From NCBI GenBank assembly GCA_038087875.1, contig CM075985.1:7254001-7318000 (forward strand): DNA of 64,000 nt, written 5' to 3'. The notes beneath the pieces were generated by a model. It did not search any database and was not told the origin of the DNA. It saw only the letters and a list, made by a program, of their open reading frames with translations. The stretch is from Malacoraja senta. Lineage: Eukaryota. The position numbers and the translations under genes were made by a program. Of this stretch, positions 25,801 to 37,035 are shown piece by piece. Each line of letters opens with the position of its first letter. Within the stretch, counting starts at the first letter, position 1.

Positions 25801-28800
25801 TTTTCATTTAACCAGAAAGCACTTTCAGTCCCATTAAACATAAGCTTTATTTTGCTAATTTGGGCAGCTCTATATTTATTGAGAGCATGGTATTGGATTT
25901 GTAAAGGCATACGTCAAAATCTAGAAAGAATGAGTTTTATGGCATTATAGCAATTTAAATTAGATATTATGAATATTGCAATTTTTGAAATAAATGTAAC
26001 CATTAAGCTGCTTTAAAAGAACAAAACTAATGTACATTAGAAAGGAAGCCTTCCACCCTAACCAATCTCATCCTGTTCCAGACCAATGCAGTTGACTCTT
26101 AACTGCCCTCTGCAGTGTTCCAGTGGACTCTTCAGAGATTCACAAATACAGCCCATCACAGTCAAGAAACTCTGGATAAATAACATGCTGAATTTTCCCA
26201 AAACACCACATTCCAAAAACATGAGACATAATCATATTAGGCCCATCGATCTTTCAGGTGTAAAGGAATGTGGAACGTGTCTACTCAATCGCTTGACATA
26301 GAATAATCCCTCATCTCCAATAAATCAGTCTAACAAATCTTTATTGCACTCCCACAAACGTAAAGTTATACTTCATGTATGGTCTTGCCAAGGTGCTATT
26401 AATTTTTGTGTGATTTCTTTGCTCTTATACTCAATCCATTTGTAATAATGACTAATATCACATTTACATTTTTACTCATTGTATCTGCATGTTAGGTTGT
26501 TATTTGTGTCCAGGACAGTCAGGTTACTGTGTACGTCACATTTCCTGTTCTCTCGTTATTTTAAAATAATTCTGCTTTCCTTTTACTCCTACTAAAGTAG
26601 ATAACTTCAAATTTCCCTGTAATGAGGCAAAACTTGCTGGCTAGAACTGCTGACTTTCAGCCTTCAAATTTTCAATCACTTGCTGATGAACACTGAAGTC
26701 TGAGACTTGCCGAGTTAGAGATGGTGCCACCATGAGGTATTCAGCAGTGAACCACTGTATTACTGGGGAATCACCTCTCCAAACTTAATTCAGTTTAAAT
26801 CTGAGGTAGGATCAGAGACCTGTTGATGTGAATGGGGTTTCCAGACCATTGGATTAGAAGGGAAAGTAAGTAATTTATCAATAATTTTCTTGAGACACTT
26901 GTTTCCTCAGGACAGGTACTGATGCCCTGTAAAGGAAAAGTGCTGCTTCCCCACACTACTCTTTAAGTCACTTGTCATCTGTTTGCCAAAAAAATCCAGA
27001 TTTCCTGTGCGTCCATTCATATTTCTTTCCACGCACTTTCAGCTTCTGCATTTCAACAATTTGTACACCTCGTTCAATAATTCTTGTGCTCGTTTATATC
27101 CACTCCTTTCTTTCCATTTAATAGAACAGAATTCCTCAACCTGTCTTTCACCCCCAAATTTAGTCTGCTTATATACTAATACAATTAGTGCAGTATTTTC
27201 TCAGATGTTGTTTCTCCACCAAATAATGAGTATTTGTGGGTTATGGTTGGAAGTTCTCTAACTATCTTCAGTTGTCTACTCCACAGCACAGTCACTTAAG
27301 TGCCTTGAGAGTTGATGAACTCTCGGTTGCAACTCTGTGAGAAACGTACCTGCATGTAAACCTGAATGTGAAATATTGTGGACAGTTAGATGTAGGTGTA
27401 ACGTTAGGTTTCAGTAAACATTATCTTCTGACTGGCCTCAAGTGATATTTTTCCATTTCTGTGGTTTGCTAACCTGTGGAAAGCTTTGTTTTTGCACCAA
27501 AAATATTGTATTTAGGCTAATCTAAAGGTAACCTCAGGTTTGGAATTGAAAGACAGTCACTAAACTAAACAATAAACAAGCTAATAGATACATAGATACC
27601 AAGAAAATAGGTGCAGGAGTAGGCCATTCGGCCCTTCGAGCCTGCACCGCCATTCAATATGATCATGGCTGATCATCCAACTCAGTATCCCGTACCTGCC
27701 TTCTCTCCATACCCCCTGATCCCTTTAGCCACAAGGGCCACATCTAACTCCCTCTTAAATATAGCCAATGAACTACCCTCTGTGGCAGAGAGTTCCAGAG
27801 ATTCACCACTCTCTGTGTGAAAAAGGTTTTTCTCATCTCGGTCTTAAAGGATTTCCCCCCTTATCCTTAAGCTGTGACCCCTTGTCCTGGACTTCCCCAA
27901 CATCGGGAACAATCTTCCTGCATCTAGCCTGCCGAACCCCATAAGAATTTTGTACGTTTCTATAAGATCCCCTCTCAATCTCCTAAATTCTAGCGAGTAT
28001 AAGCCAAGTCTATCCAGTCTTTCTTCATATGAAAGTCCTGATATCCCAGGAATCAGTCTGGTGAACCTTCTCTGCACTCCCTCTATGGCTATAATGTCCT
28101 TCCTCAGACTTGGAGACCAAAACTGTACGCAATACTCCAGGTGTGGTCTCACCAAGACCCTGTATAACTGCAGTAGAACCTCCCTGCTCCTATACTCAAA
28201 TCCTTTTGCTATGAAAGCTAACATACCATTTGCTTTCTTCACTGCCTGCTGCACCTGCATGCCTACTTTCAATGACTGGTGTACCATGACACCCAGGTCT
28301 CGCTGCATCTCCCCTTTTCCTAATCGGCCACCATTTAGATAATAGTCTGCTTTCCTGTTTTTGCCACCAAAGGTGGATAACCTCACATTTATCCACATAT
28401 ACTAGCAATCTGCCAAACATTTGCCCACACCCCAGCCTATCCAAGTCACCTTGCAGTCTCCTAGCATCCTCCTCACAGCTAACACTGCCCTCCAGCTTAG
28501 TGTCATCCGCAAACTTGGAGATGTTGCCTTCAATTCCCTCATCCAGGTCATTAATATAAATTGTAAATAGCTGGGGTCCCAACACTGAGCCTTGCGGTAC
28601 CCCACTAGTCACTGCCTGCCATTGTGAAAAGGACCCGTTTACTCCTACTCTGCTTCCTGTAATAAAGTGTATGAGATCATGGGCCTTATTTCCAAGGGAT
28701 AGAGTGCAAAAGGCGAAATATTTTAAATCTACATTAAACACTAGTTCAACTCTAGAAAGGATATTGAGAGGCAATAATTAAGCCACTTGTGACTAGAATA

Positions 28801-31800
28801 GACCCCCAACAGGCTATTCTTGATACCTTGCTGACTGAATGACTCATCCCTTCACTGTTAAACGTCCTCTACCGTAGCAGGACGTTCCCTTTCTGTGCAA
28901 CTTAAGTTTCTCTGAAAGCATGGGTGGTTTAATTACTAATTAGCTGAATGGTCAAGACAAGTGCCTCAATGCTAATTTTGCCTCAAGCGGTATCCCCAAG
29001 TTCTTAAATACAAAGAGAGCTAGCAGTGTTTCTGCTACCTGTTGCAATAAACAGTTTGCATTTGTACAATCCTTCAACACATTGTAATGTCCTAAATCAC
29101 TTCACAAAAATGTAATTGGACAACATTTAGCAGCAGGCCATATAGAGTGGTGTCTTGTGCAAAGGTAGGTTTCGAGGATTCTCTTAAGGGTTGCAAGCAG
29201 TTTAAGGAGGAACATCCAGAGCTTAGGGTTTAGGCAGGTGAAGATACAGCCAGTGATTGGCGCAATGACAAAACTGGGTATAGGCAAGGTTCAAGAATTG
29301 GAAGAGTAAAGAGGTCAATGTAAGTGGATATTGATGGATTTGAATACAAGGATGCAAATTTTAAGATTGTGGGATTGCTGGATTGGGAGTCCATGTAGGT
29401 CAGCAGGCATGGGCCTGATGGGTGAGCAAATTAGGATGCAGGCGGATGCAGTTTCAGATAATCTACAGTTTATGACAGATCGGATTATATTACTAAGTAT
29501 TTTATTTTACTCCCTTCTTTATGTTCACAGATATTTATATGGTACTCCAGCATTTCAACTACAGTAGTCAAATTGACAAATCTGATATACAAGCAAGTAC
29601 CTGATAAAGCACATGCTTATCAAAGGCCCACTTTGGCTGCCAGAAGTATGTTTTTCAGTATTCATCATCAGCCGGCAATTAAGTCTGTTTGGTTCTCTGT
29701 GCTGTTTCAGAGCCATACCCAGGTGAAATTCACGACATGGAGTGAAGAAAAATTCTCCACTTTCTGATTTTTATATGATTTCTGCAATACCATCCCCTCT
29801 CTCATCTCCAGTGATTAGCCTCAACCCCTTTCATTTTAAGAATCAACTAGAAGCTTTGTTGCTGAGCAATGTTATTGGGTGATTGGGTTTAATAAAAGTA
29901 CTGAATCCAAGTCAGTCTAGGAGTGGAGTAATGAGCTTAAGTGCGCAGCTTATGACAAGCTAGTGGCTCTGTTCTATTCACAGTCTGGCATATTTCCTTG
30001 TTCCTTATAAAGTTGGCCTAAGTGCTGTGCTCTTCACATCTGGGGACTCCAAAACATAGGGGCATAACTGCATGATAGTGGCTTTTAAGTCCAATAAGGA
30101 ATTCCATAGAATTTGCTTTACAATGCACATGATGAAATGTAAGGGGTAGCTGAAGTAATTAATGTTGACACATTCAAGGGGAAGCTGAATAATCATTTTG
30201 GGAATAAAAGAATAGGCTAATAGTTTCAGACTAGAGGGATGGGTGGTAGTTGATGTGGAGTGTAGAACTGCTTGGGCCAAATTGTCATGTCTCGAATTTT
30301 ATTCTGAAGTGGTAAAATGTTCATGGTTACGATCTAACTTGTTTTTACTGACATCCAGTATTTCAGTAAAATTAGAGTTAGACTGGACATGTCTGGAAAT
30401 AATGCTCTTGTAATCATTCACCCTCCACTACTTTCATTTTAAAGATTCTTAAAGCATAGTGGAACCTTACACCTTAAAAGTATTTATAGAATCAGCATCC
30501 AGCACCCATACAGATAGAATGCTTCAGATCTGATAATTCCGACTGGAATACATTCCTAGTTCACTTCTCATAAGATGTTGGGATAGTGATCTTGCATCCA
30601 TGATTGACAAGTAGATCACTAATTAGCAAAGGGAATGCTTGCTCTCTATCATTATATCCCTCATTGTCTTGAGAAACCTCTATCAGGGCATCTCTTAACC
30701 TCTCCTCCTAGGTGAGCAGTTCTCCCCTTTCCAGCCTTTCTTGGTGGTTGTCTCTTATCCCCTCGCGAATCACCCTGCACCCCGACATATTACTTGATTT
30801 GGTGTCCAGAATTGTCCTCAGTAAAACAACAGGTAAATTCCCTTTTCCAGTAGCCACATGCGAAGGTAGGGTCAGACTGTACAATTAGGAGAACCAGGAG
30901 TAATCATGCTCCCTATACCCCAGTATGTGTATGTCCATTAATAGCTACTAATTATGTCCACTTCATTTCTTTTGAATGTTGTGATTTGGTTGTGTATGAG
31001 CGTCGGGTTGGGTAAGGGGGATTGTGGCTAAGAGATTTTTTTTTATTACACTTTGAAAGCTTGTCATCTCATGTCAAGGTGAAATTGTAAAGATTAGCTT
31101 AATTAGTGGTTGCTTCTAGACATATAGGCAGAAGTACTGAAAAACATAATAAAAGCTCCGTCTGTTTACAAATTAATCATCAATTATATAACCCGTAGGA
31201 TTAACTCTGCTAAATCATTCTCATGGCTAGGTCCTCCAAATCTTTCAAAATGAATTAAAAATAACTTGGCACGGTAAAACCATGCAGACGTACCTCAACA
31301 TCTAACTTTATTGCACAAGGAACGATATTTAAATATAAGAGATTTTGGCAGACTACGATTTTCAAAAAAAATAATTCACCCAATAGTGCAGCCAAGATAA
31401 TTCACAATACAAAATGTTGCAATTTACATTATGCTGAACCTTTCCCAATCTCCAGATATGCTGGTGCCACTCACCGTCTAGCAAATAGTTTAGTTTAGAG
31501 ATACAGCGCGGAAACAGGCCCTTCGTCACACCGTATCCGCACCGACCAGCGATCCCTGCACACTAACACTATCCAACACACACTAAGGATAATTTACACA
31601 TACACGAAGCTAATTAACCTACATACCTGTACGTCCTTGGAATGTGGGAGGAAACTGAAGATCTCGGAGAAAACCCACGTGGCTCACGAAGAGAACGTAC
31701 AAACTCCTTACAGACGCACCCGTAGTCGGGATCCAACCTGCAAGTGCCGTAAGTAAGCAACTCTACCGCTGCGCCGCCGGTCCGCCCCATTAGCCATTTG

Positions 31801-34800
31801 GATGAGAGGAGAAAGATTCTTGCCTTGGGCGCAGCAGTAGAGTTGCTGCCTTACAGTGCTAGAGACTTGGGTACGATCCTGATTACGGTTGCTGTCTGTA
31901 TGGAGTTTTTATGTTCTCCCTGTGACCGCATTTGTTTCCTCCGGGTGCTCCAGTTATTCTCCTTCATTCCAAAGACATGCAGGTTTGTAGTTTAATTGGC
32001 TTCTGTAAATTGTCCCTGACGTATAGGTTAGAACCAGTCTACGGGTGATTGTTGGTTGATGTGGACTGAACGGCCTGTTTCCACACTGTACCTCTAAAAC
32101 TAAAACACTTACCTAGTGCCAAACAAGTATATTAGTTCACAGTGCCACCTGTATACATTACTGTACACATTACTCCTGAAGACTTCACCTGTTTACTGAC
32201 ATCCAGTTATGCAGCCCTGTGTCATCAATTGTCAATTATTGATGACTGAACAATCACAGTGAGTAACAGCTGGTTGCTTGACCTCTAAGATAGCTCAGTT
32301 GAACCTATGAATACTATCCATGTTCAGGGTTCCAATTGGATTGTCACCAGAGACAGATTTTTTACCTCCCTCCTTTCCTGAATCAGAATGACAAATTTGA
32401 TTTGTTTAGAACTGACCACTTAGTAAATTATCAGTACAGCAAACTCTTCTTGACTCTGCTACCCAACTATTCTTATGTTGGGAGAAAATTTCCTCTGTTC
32501 CTCTGGCAACAGAAATGCTAATAGTTATTATAAAATAAGTAACAGAGGATAATCTTTGCTTCTTTGAGAGCAGCAAATCACATCTATGTCCACTAGAAGC
32601 TACATGTGAACCACGACCAAATTGAATGGGAATTGATTTTGCTTTGGTTGAATATTGTGTTTTAGTTACTTTAGTATTTTAAAACATTTAAATTATTTTC
32701 TTTAATTATTTAATTCAACGTTGATAGTTTTTAAAAGTCTCTGAATGTTAGTGACACTTAGGAATTGTTAAAATGCGTGACAATTTTTATAGCTGGTGAG
32801 GCCCAGCTCTCCTGGTTGTTGGAAGATGTTGGGTGTGTTTTGGGCACAGCCCCTCTTCACTGTGCCACAGGAGTCAGTGAGAGAGGCCCTCTGCATCCAG
32901 CCCAGGTAAGTATGAGTGTGGGTTATCTGGTTCCATTACATTCCTCCTACCTACTTATGCATAATGGGGGGACGTTCCCAGGAAACATACTTTCAGATAA
33001 CTCGAGTTTTGTCAGAAAGTGATTGAACGACAGCACATACATCAGAGCATTTTAAAGGCTGCTTCACAGAAGGGAAATGGATATCAAGCAAAACTGGTGT
33101 AATTAGAGATAAGGCAGGAACCAAACCTATAAGATAGAGAGGGGATGTTCTAGAATAGAGAACCAAGTGTTCAGCTACTAATTATAGAGGAGAGGATTAA
33201 CAAGTAATTAGCCCTAGAAAGCAGAGGAATTGGATTGGAAATGAAGGCTGAGGAACATTCCATGCGGAGGTTATGGCAAGGTTATGCAGGAACTACATGG
33301 TTAGGATTGATGATTAAAGTGTAGATTGCTATATTTTAATCTATCACATTGTAACTTCTTGTCTGAAGGCAGTTTGAATGTGAATGTCCGAGAAATATAA
33401 TTTTTGTATCGGAATTGAGGAACTAATCCAGAATGTTAGAACAGGCCCTTTAGTTCACATTGTCTGTGCCGAACATGATGCCAAGACCAACTTTCATCTG
33501 ACTGCACATAATCTGTGTCTCTCCATTCCCTGCATATCTATATGCCTATTCAAAGTCTTTTTAATTACACTGTTGTATCTGCCTCAACTACACGCCCCAT
33601 ATTGCAGCCGTGCATCGCCCTCTGTAAAAAAAACATATCCCACACATCCCATTTAAAGTTTGCCCTTCTCATCTTAAACTTTGCCCTGCAGTATTTGATT
33701 TTTACATCCTGGGAAAAAGATTCCAACTGTCTATCCTACCTTGCTGCTCATAATTTTTTATCAGGTCTCTCCACAAATTTCAGCATTCCAGAGAAAACAA
33801 TCCAAATCTGTCCAACCTCTTCCTATTGCTAATAACTCCTAATCCAAGCATCATTCTGGTAAACTTCCTCTGCATCCATTCCAAAGCATCCATGTCCTTC
33901 TTATAATGGGGCAACCAGAATTGACGCGTTATTCCAAATGCGCCCTAACCAAAGTCCTATAAAGCTACATCATGACTTCTTAACTCTTATACGCAATGCC
34001 CTGGCCAAGGCAAACATATTATATGCTTTCCTTGCCACTCTGTCTACTTGTTTTGCTACTTTCAGGGAGTTATGGAACTTGGACCTCAAGATCCTCTGTA
34101 CATCAATGCTGCTAAGGGCCATTAATTGTATATTTTCCCATTGCATTCAACCTCCCAAAGTGGACAACCTCATACTTGCTCGGATTAAACTTAATCTGCC
34201 ATTTCTCTGGCATCTCTCTCACTATGTACTGTGATTGCCTTCCTCACAATCCGTGACCCCAGCATTGGTGTCATCTGTGGACTTACTAACCAACCAGTCT
34301 ACATTTATGTCCAAGTCATTAATATATATTATTAACAGCAGAGTTCCCAACACAGTTCACTGCGGAATTCCACTGGTCACAGACTCCATCCTCAATATTG
34401 TCCTTTCACCACAACCTTCTGTCCTATCAGCAAGCCAGTAATGAATCCACATGACCAAATCACTGTGAATCCCATGCACCTTAATCTTCTGGATCAGCCT
34501 ACCATTGGGAATTTATCAAATGGCAAACTAAAATCCCTGTAGACGATATCCATCACCCTCCCCTCAATCAAAATAGTAAGGTATGGTCCGCTGTGTACAA
34601 ATCCATACTGACTGTCCCTAATTAACCCATTCTCTTCCAAACGGAAGTAAATCCTATCCTGAAGAATCCTCTCCAGTAGCTTCCCTACCATTGATGTGAG
34701 GCTCACCAGCCTATAATTCCCTGGATTCTCACTGTGTCTGTTAAAGGAGCAACATTAACTACTCTCCAGTCCACCGGGTCCTCGCCTGTGGCTCGAGAAG

Positions 34801-36048
34801 ATGCAAAGATCTTCGTGATGGCTCCAGCAATCTCCTCTATTGCCTCTCTCAATAACCTGGGATAGTTTCCATCAGGTCTTGCGATTTATCCACCTTAATG
34901 CTATTCATGAACCGCAACACCTCCTCCTCACTCTCAAACTGCCCTTGCTTAGTAGTATTCTCCATACTGATCTCACTACCCCCACCTCCCCGGTCTTGCT
35001 CCTTGAAAACCGATGCAAAGTACTTATTTAGTCTATCACCTACATCCCTTGACTCTAAGCACAAATTCCCTCCTTTATCCTTGAGTGATTTTTATCTTCT
35101 CCCTGGTTACTATCTTGTTTTTAATGTTGGTATAAAAAGATTTGGGATTTTCTTTAGTCTGACTTCATTACCTTGGAAATTGGGAAGTACTTTCTCTCGG
35201 ATGAAACCATTAATTGTATAGGATAGCATGTATGTGTCCATGTCTATGAGTGTGTGTTTTTTCTGTCTGCTTTTAGTTTTAGTTTTAGAGATACTGCGTG
35301 AAAATAGGCCCTTCGGCCCACCGGGTCCGTGCCGACCAGCAATCTCCGCACATTAACACTATCCTACACGCACTAGGGCAATTTTTACATTTACCAAACC
35401 AATTAACCTACAAACCTGTATGTCTTTGGAGTGTGGGAGGAAACCGAACATCTCGGATAAAACCCATGCAGGGCACGGGGAGAACGTACGAACTCCGTAC
35501 AGACAGCACCCGTAGTCGGGATCGAACTCGGGTCTCCGGCGCTGCACGCGCTGTAATGCAGCAACTGTACCGTTGCACCACTGTGCTGCTCTTGTACTCC
35601 TATAGCACCCTTGACACCTCAATGTTCTAAATAACATTTCATGATCACCATCTTTAAAATGAGAAAGAAATTGTTTTGTTTTTTAAGAAAGGGAAGAATA
35701 AAATGAGAGAAGGTAATATTTCAGGTGGCTTTCAAATGTCCTATTGGACCATAATTGGAGTTAACAACCTATTTGGAGATATCGACAAATTGAATTGCTT
35801 CTTCAGAGGGAAATGTTGGTGTAAGGACTCTTGTCTGCATTGTTAACTTGCTCTTTCCATTTCCTTTATTTTCAGGCCTTGTGCAAATTCCAGTGAGCAT
35901 GTACCAGACTGTTGTGACCAGCTTGGCCCAGGGCAACAGGCCTGTGCAGGTTGCAATGGCCCCTGTCACCACTCGAATGACAGAAATTCAGTCGTCTGGA
36001 GTAACAATGGACGGTCAAGCAGTAGAGGTGGTGACTCTGGAACAGTGA
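1641..36048 (+). CDS. NRF1: Nuclear respiratory factor 1, multi-exon gene (exons 8-10 not visible; apparent frameshift in exon 6)
   Basis: Seven exons translate to near-identical NRF1 sequence ([18 protein letters not shown]; GKKRKRPH; [21 protein letters not shown]; KPGWGKESC; [11 protein letters not shown]...VEVVTLEQ*). Splice sites are GT-AG, and exon sizes and phases are like those recalled for human NRF1. Confidence 0.98.
1918..3090 (-). mobile_element. CR1-clade LINE 3' fragments (two adjacent copies)
   Basis: Typical elasmobranch CR1 3' ends (TAGGCCATTCAGCCCATC...) and degenerate ORF2 C-terminal peptides ([10 protein letters not shown]; [19 protein letters not shown]-like). Confidence 0.75.
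4967..5081 (+). CDS. NRF1: NRF1 exon 3 (nuclear localisation signal KKRKRP)
   Basis: tctcag|GT CCG GTT GGA ATG...CTA CG|gtgag; [39 protein letters not shown]; 115 nt. Confidence 0.97.
5360..5470 (+). mobile_element. Old tRNA-derived SINE head (degenerate); a related copy lies on the - strand at about 6010-6115
   Basis: A-box-like TGGTGTAGTTAG and B-box-like GCTTCAAATCC, followed by TGAGTGAGTTGATC. Confidence 0.4.
6786..6807 (+). repeat. (CT)n microsatellite forming the polypyrimidine tract of NRF1 exon 4
   Basis: CTCTCTCTCTCTCTCTCTCTCT directly upstream of gactcacag|. Confidence 0.9.
6817..6943 (+). CDS. NRF1: NRF1 exon 4
   Basis: tcacag|A AAA CTA CGA...AAT GTG|gtaag; [42 protein letters not shown]; 127 nt. 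Confidence 0.97.
8307..8447 (+). CDS. NRF1: NRF1 exon 5
   Basis: ccctag|GTA CGC AAG...ACG CAG|gtgag; [47 protein letters not shown]; 141 nt. Confidence 0.97.
8880..9350 (-). mobile_element. Degenerate CR1 LINE 3' fragment
   Basis: Similar to the other CR1 3' copies in this window (GAGTAGGCAATTTAGCCCTTC; CCTGGAATCAATCTCATGA). Confidence 0.55.
9708..10130 (-). mobile_element. Penelope-derived short element containing a near-perfect 60-bp inverted repeat
   Basis: CACAAGAAACTGCAGATTCTGGAATCTTGAGCAAAACAAAGTGCTGG...; inverted repeat at 9770-9895; purine-rich Penelope 3' UTR-like tract follows. Confidence 0.7.
10982..11104 (-). mobile_element. Penelope-derived short element (truncated within the hammerhead motif)
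   Basis: GGAAGGAATTGCAGATGCTGG...GGGTGATGTTTCGGGTTGAGACCCTT. Confidence 0.75.
11105..11420 (-). mobile_element. CR1 LINE 3' end
   Basis: ORF peptide [47 protein letters not shown] plus the CR1 3' UTR. Confidence 0.85.
12860..13120 (-). mobile_element. Penelope-like element fragment (GIY-YIG C-terminus)
   Basis: [57 protein letters not shown], homologous to the ORF at 45070-46224. Confidence 0.85.
13840..14127. mobile_element. PIF/Harbinger-type MITE
   Basis: Perfect 25-bp TIR AGGCCCTGTCCCACTTTCCCGAGTT, 3-bp TAA TSD (13837-13839 and 14128-14130), internal subterminal inverted repeats, 288 bp, no ORF of note. Confidence 0.85.
14500..16180. mobile_element. Cluster of old CR1 fragments with a Penelope-derived short element at about 15585-15680
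   Basis: Degenerate CR1 ORF2 motifs (AAATGTGAGGTAATG; CAGTTTTGGTTGCC; GTGCAGAGGAGATTAACCA) and GACCCAAAACGTCACCCATTCC. Confidence 0.55.
16712..16930 (-). mobile_element. Penelope-derived short element
   Basis: GCAGATGCTGGTTTACACC...ACACAAAATGCTGGAGTAACTCAGCGGGACAGGCAGCATC. Confidence 0.75.
17070..17229 (+). CDS. NRF1: NRF1 exon 6 (DNA-binding domain), with a 1-bp insertion at about 17091-17094
   Basis: ttctag|GCG CAG CTC CGA GCT TTT ATT CCC A GAA ATG...CAG CGG|gtaag; AQLRAFIP / [45 protein letters not shown]; 160 nt instead of 159. Confidence 0.95.
17606..17725 (-). mobile_element. Penelope-derived short element interrupted by a CR1 insertion
   Basis: Element motif continues after the CR1 copy (18371-18398 GTCTGAAGAAGGGT). 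Confidence 0.7.
17726..18364 (+). mobile_element. 5'-truncated CR1 LINE
   Basis: [49 protein letters not shown]...; TATGTTTCTA tail; putative TGAGAC TSD at 17720-17725 and 18365-18370. Confidence 0.9.
19049..19265 (-). mobile_element. HE1-like V-SINE (partial)
   Basis: V-domain GGTTTCCTCCCACA...AAAGAC and tRNA-like head on the - strand. Confidence 0.8.
19580..19765 (+). CDS. NRF1: NRF1 exon 7
   Basis: ccatag|GTA TCC TGG...ATA CAG|gtgag; [62 protein letters not shown]; 186 nt. Confidence 0.97.
20215..20830 (-). mobile_element. GC-rich non-autonomous retroposon with a Rex1/L2-type 3' tail
   Basis: The - strand ends AATTTCCCTCCGGGAATGAATAACG...ATATCATATC. The CpG-rich body has a thrice-repeated CCCCCACRCCRGGTCCCC unit. 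Confidence 0.5.
20850..21990 (+). mobile_element. Highly degenerate L2-like LINE remnants
   Basis: Pyrimidine-rich sequence with L2-like motifs (TCTGTCCTTCTTGACTTG; TTCATCAAAAACTCTG). Confidence 0.4.
22013..22556 (-). mobile_element. Rex1/Babar non-LTR retrotransposon 3' end
   Basis: [21 protein letters not shown]...LPSGRRYRS...[15 protein letters not shown]; AATAAA followed by a (GACTT)n tail. Confidence 0.88.
23414..23601. mobile_element. Harbinger-type MITE left end, running into the assembly gap
   Basis: TAA|GGGGCCTGTCCCACTT, a TIR related to the 13840 element. Confidence 0.6.
23602..23801. other. Assembly gap (200 N, placeholder size)
   Basis: Run of N. Confidence 1.
27585..28660 (-). 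mobile_element. CR1 LINE, about 1.1-kb 3' part with RT C-terminus
   Basis: [40 protein letters not shown] and [15 protein letters not shown]...; few frameshifts. Confidence 0.93.
31486..31788 (-). mobile_element. HE1-like V-SINE, near full length
   Basis: tRNA head (GGCGCAGCGGTAGAGTTGC), V-domain, CR1-derived tail GGCCTGTTTCCGCGCTGTATCTCTAAACTAAACTA. Confidence 0.88.
31827..32106 (+). mobile_element. HE1-like V-SINE
   Basis: GGCGCAGCAGTAGAGTTGCTGCC...GGCCTGTTTCCACACTGTACCTCTAAAACTAAAAC. Confidence 0.85.
33420..35170 (-). mobile_element. Degenerate CR1 LINE, about 1.7 kb
   Basis: [35 protein letters not shown]; [10 protein letters not shown]; CR1 3' UTR at about 33430. Confidence 0.85.
35272..35589 (-). 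mobile_element. HE1-like V-SINE
   Basis: Full head, V-domain and tail with a (CTAAAA)n end. Confidence 0.88.
35876..36048 (+). CDS. NRF1: NRF1 last coding exon (human exon 11 equivalent)
   Basis: tttcag|GC CTT GTG CAA...GAA CAG TGA; [57 protein letters not shown]. Confidence 0.97.
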
Positions 36049-36476
36049 GGACTTACCAGTGGCAAAACAACTTTTCGTGTACTTAAGTCCAGCTTTGGAG
36101 TCCTGCAATCGGGTGTCTTGTGTGTCAACAGCTGGCCGTAAAAGTAGGCCATGACTCATGTGGTTTTAGTGTTTGAGAGAGAAAAGGTAACGGAAGGACC
36201 TCTCATCTCTAATATTATCTTCAAAGAGATTTCAAGCTCTTGTATTTACTGTTTTATATGGGGTGGGTGGGTCAAAGGAAGGAAAATGGAAAATCAGACC
36301 TATTTGTATGCGTTTCTCTGTATTTATGCACAAAGTGTTTGTGTCTTTGACTGAAGATGGCAAAGTTGTCTTGTTTATTAGTGATCTTGATTGGGGAACT
36401 TTATAATTGTGGTTCCAGAGGTTTGGAATGACATGGGTGTGTGGAACTAGGGGCGGATCTCAGCATTTTCCATCTT

Positions 36477-36482
36477 AATAAA
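36477..36482 (+). promoter_or_regulatory. Candidate proximal polyadenylation signal of NRF1
   Basis: First AATAAA seen after the stop codon, about 430 nt into the 3' UTR; actual use unknown. Confidence 0.35.
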
Positions 36483-36734
36483 AGTTGGCGCAGAAACCAG
36501 AACAACAATCCTTTTACATACTAATCTCTGGTTGGTGTGCAGATTTTTACTTTATTGCTCTTTCACTTGTTTTAAATATTCAATTAAAGCAGAAAGTTTT
36601 ACATCCCTTGTCTCCGCTGTGTTCAACTCCACAGCATGGGAGTGGGTTAATCACTATTCTCCTTTCCTATCACTCCCCAGTGACCCCCCTGTTTGTGTGT
36701 ATAAACCTGTATATTTAACGTATGTTAGATACAT

Positions 36735-37035
36735 ATATACATACATAGAGCAGTACAGCACAGGAACAAACCCTTCAGCCCGCAATGTCTGAGCCGAATA
36801 TGATGCCAAGACCAACAATACCTGCCTGCACACAATCCATATCCCTCCATTCTCTCCATATCCATGTGCCTATCCAAAAGTCTTTTAAATGAAGGTATCG
36901 TATCTGCCTCCACCACCACCCCCAGCAACCACCATTTGTGTAAAAACTTGCCCCGCACTCTCCTTTAAACTTTGCTCTTCTCACCTTAAAGTGGTGCCCT
37001 CTAGTATTTGATATTTCTATCCTGGGAAAATGGAT
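36735..37035 (-). mobile_element. CR1 LINE 3' end in or near the NRF1 3' UTR
   Basis: VVVEADTIPSFKRLLDRHMDMERMEGYG peptide and CR1 tail. Confidence 0.8.
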
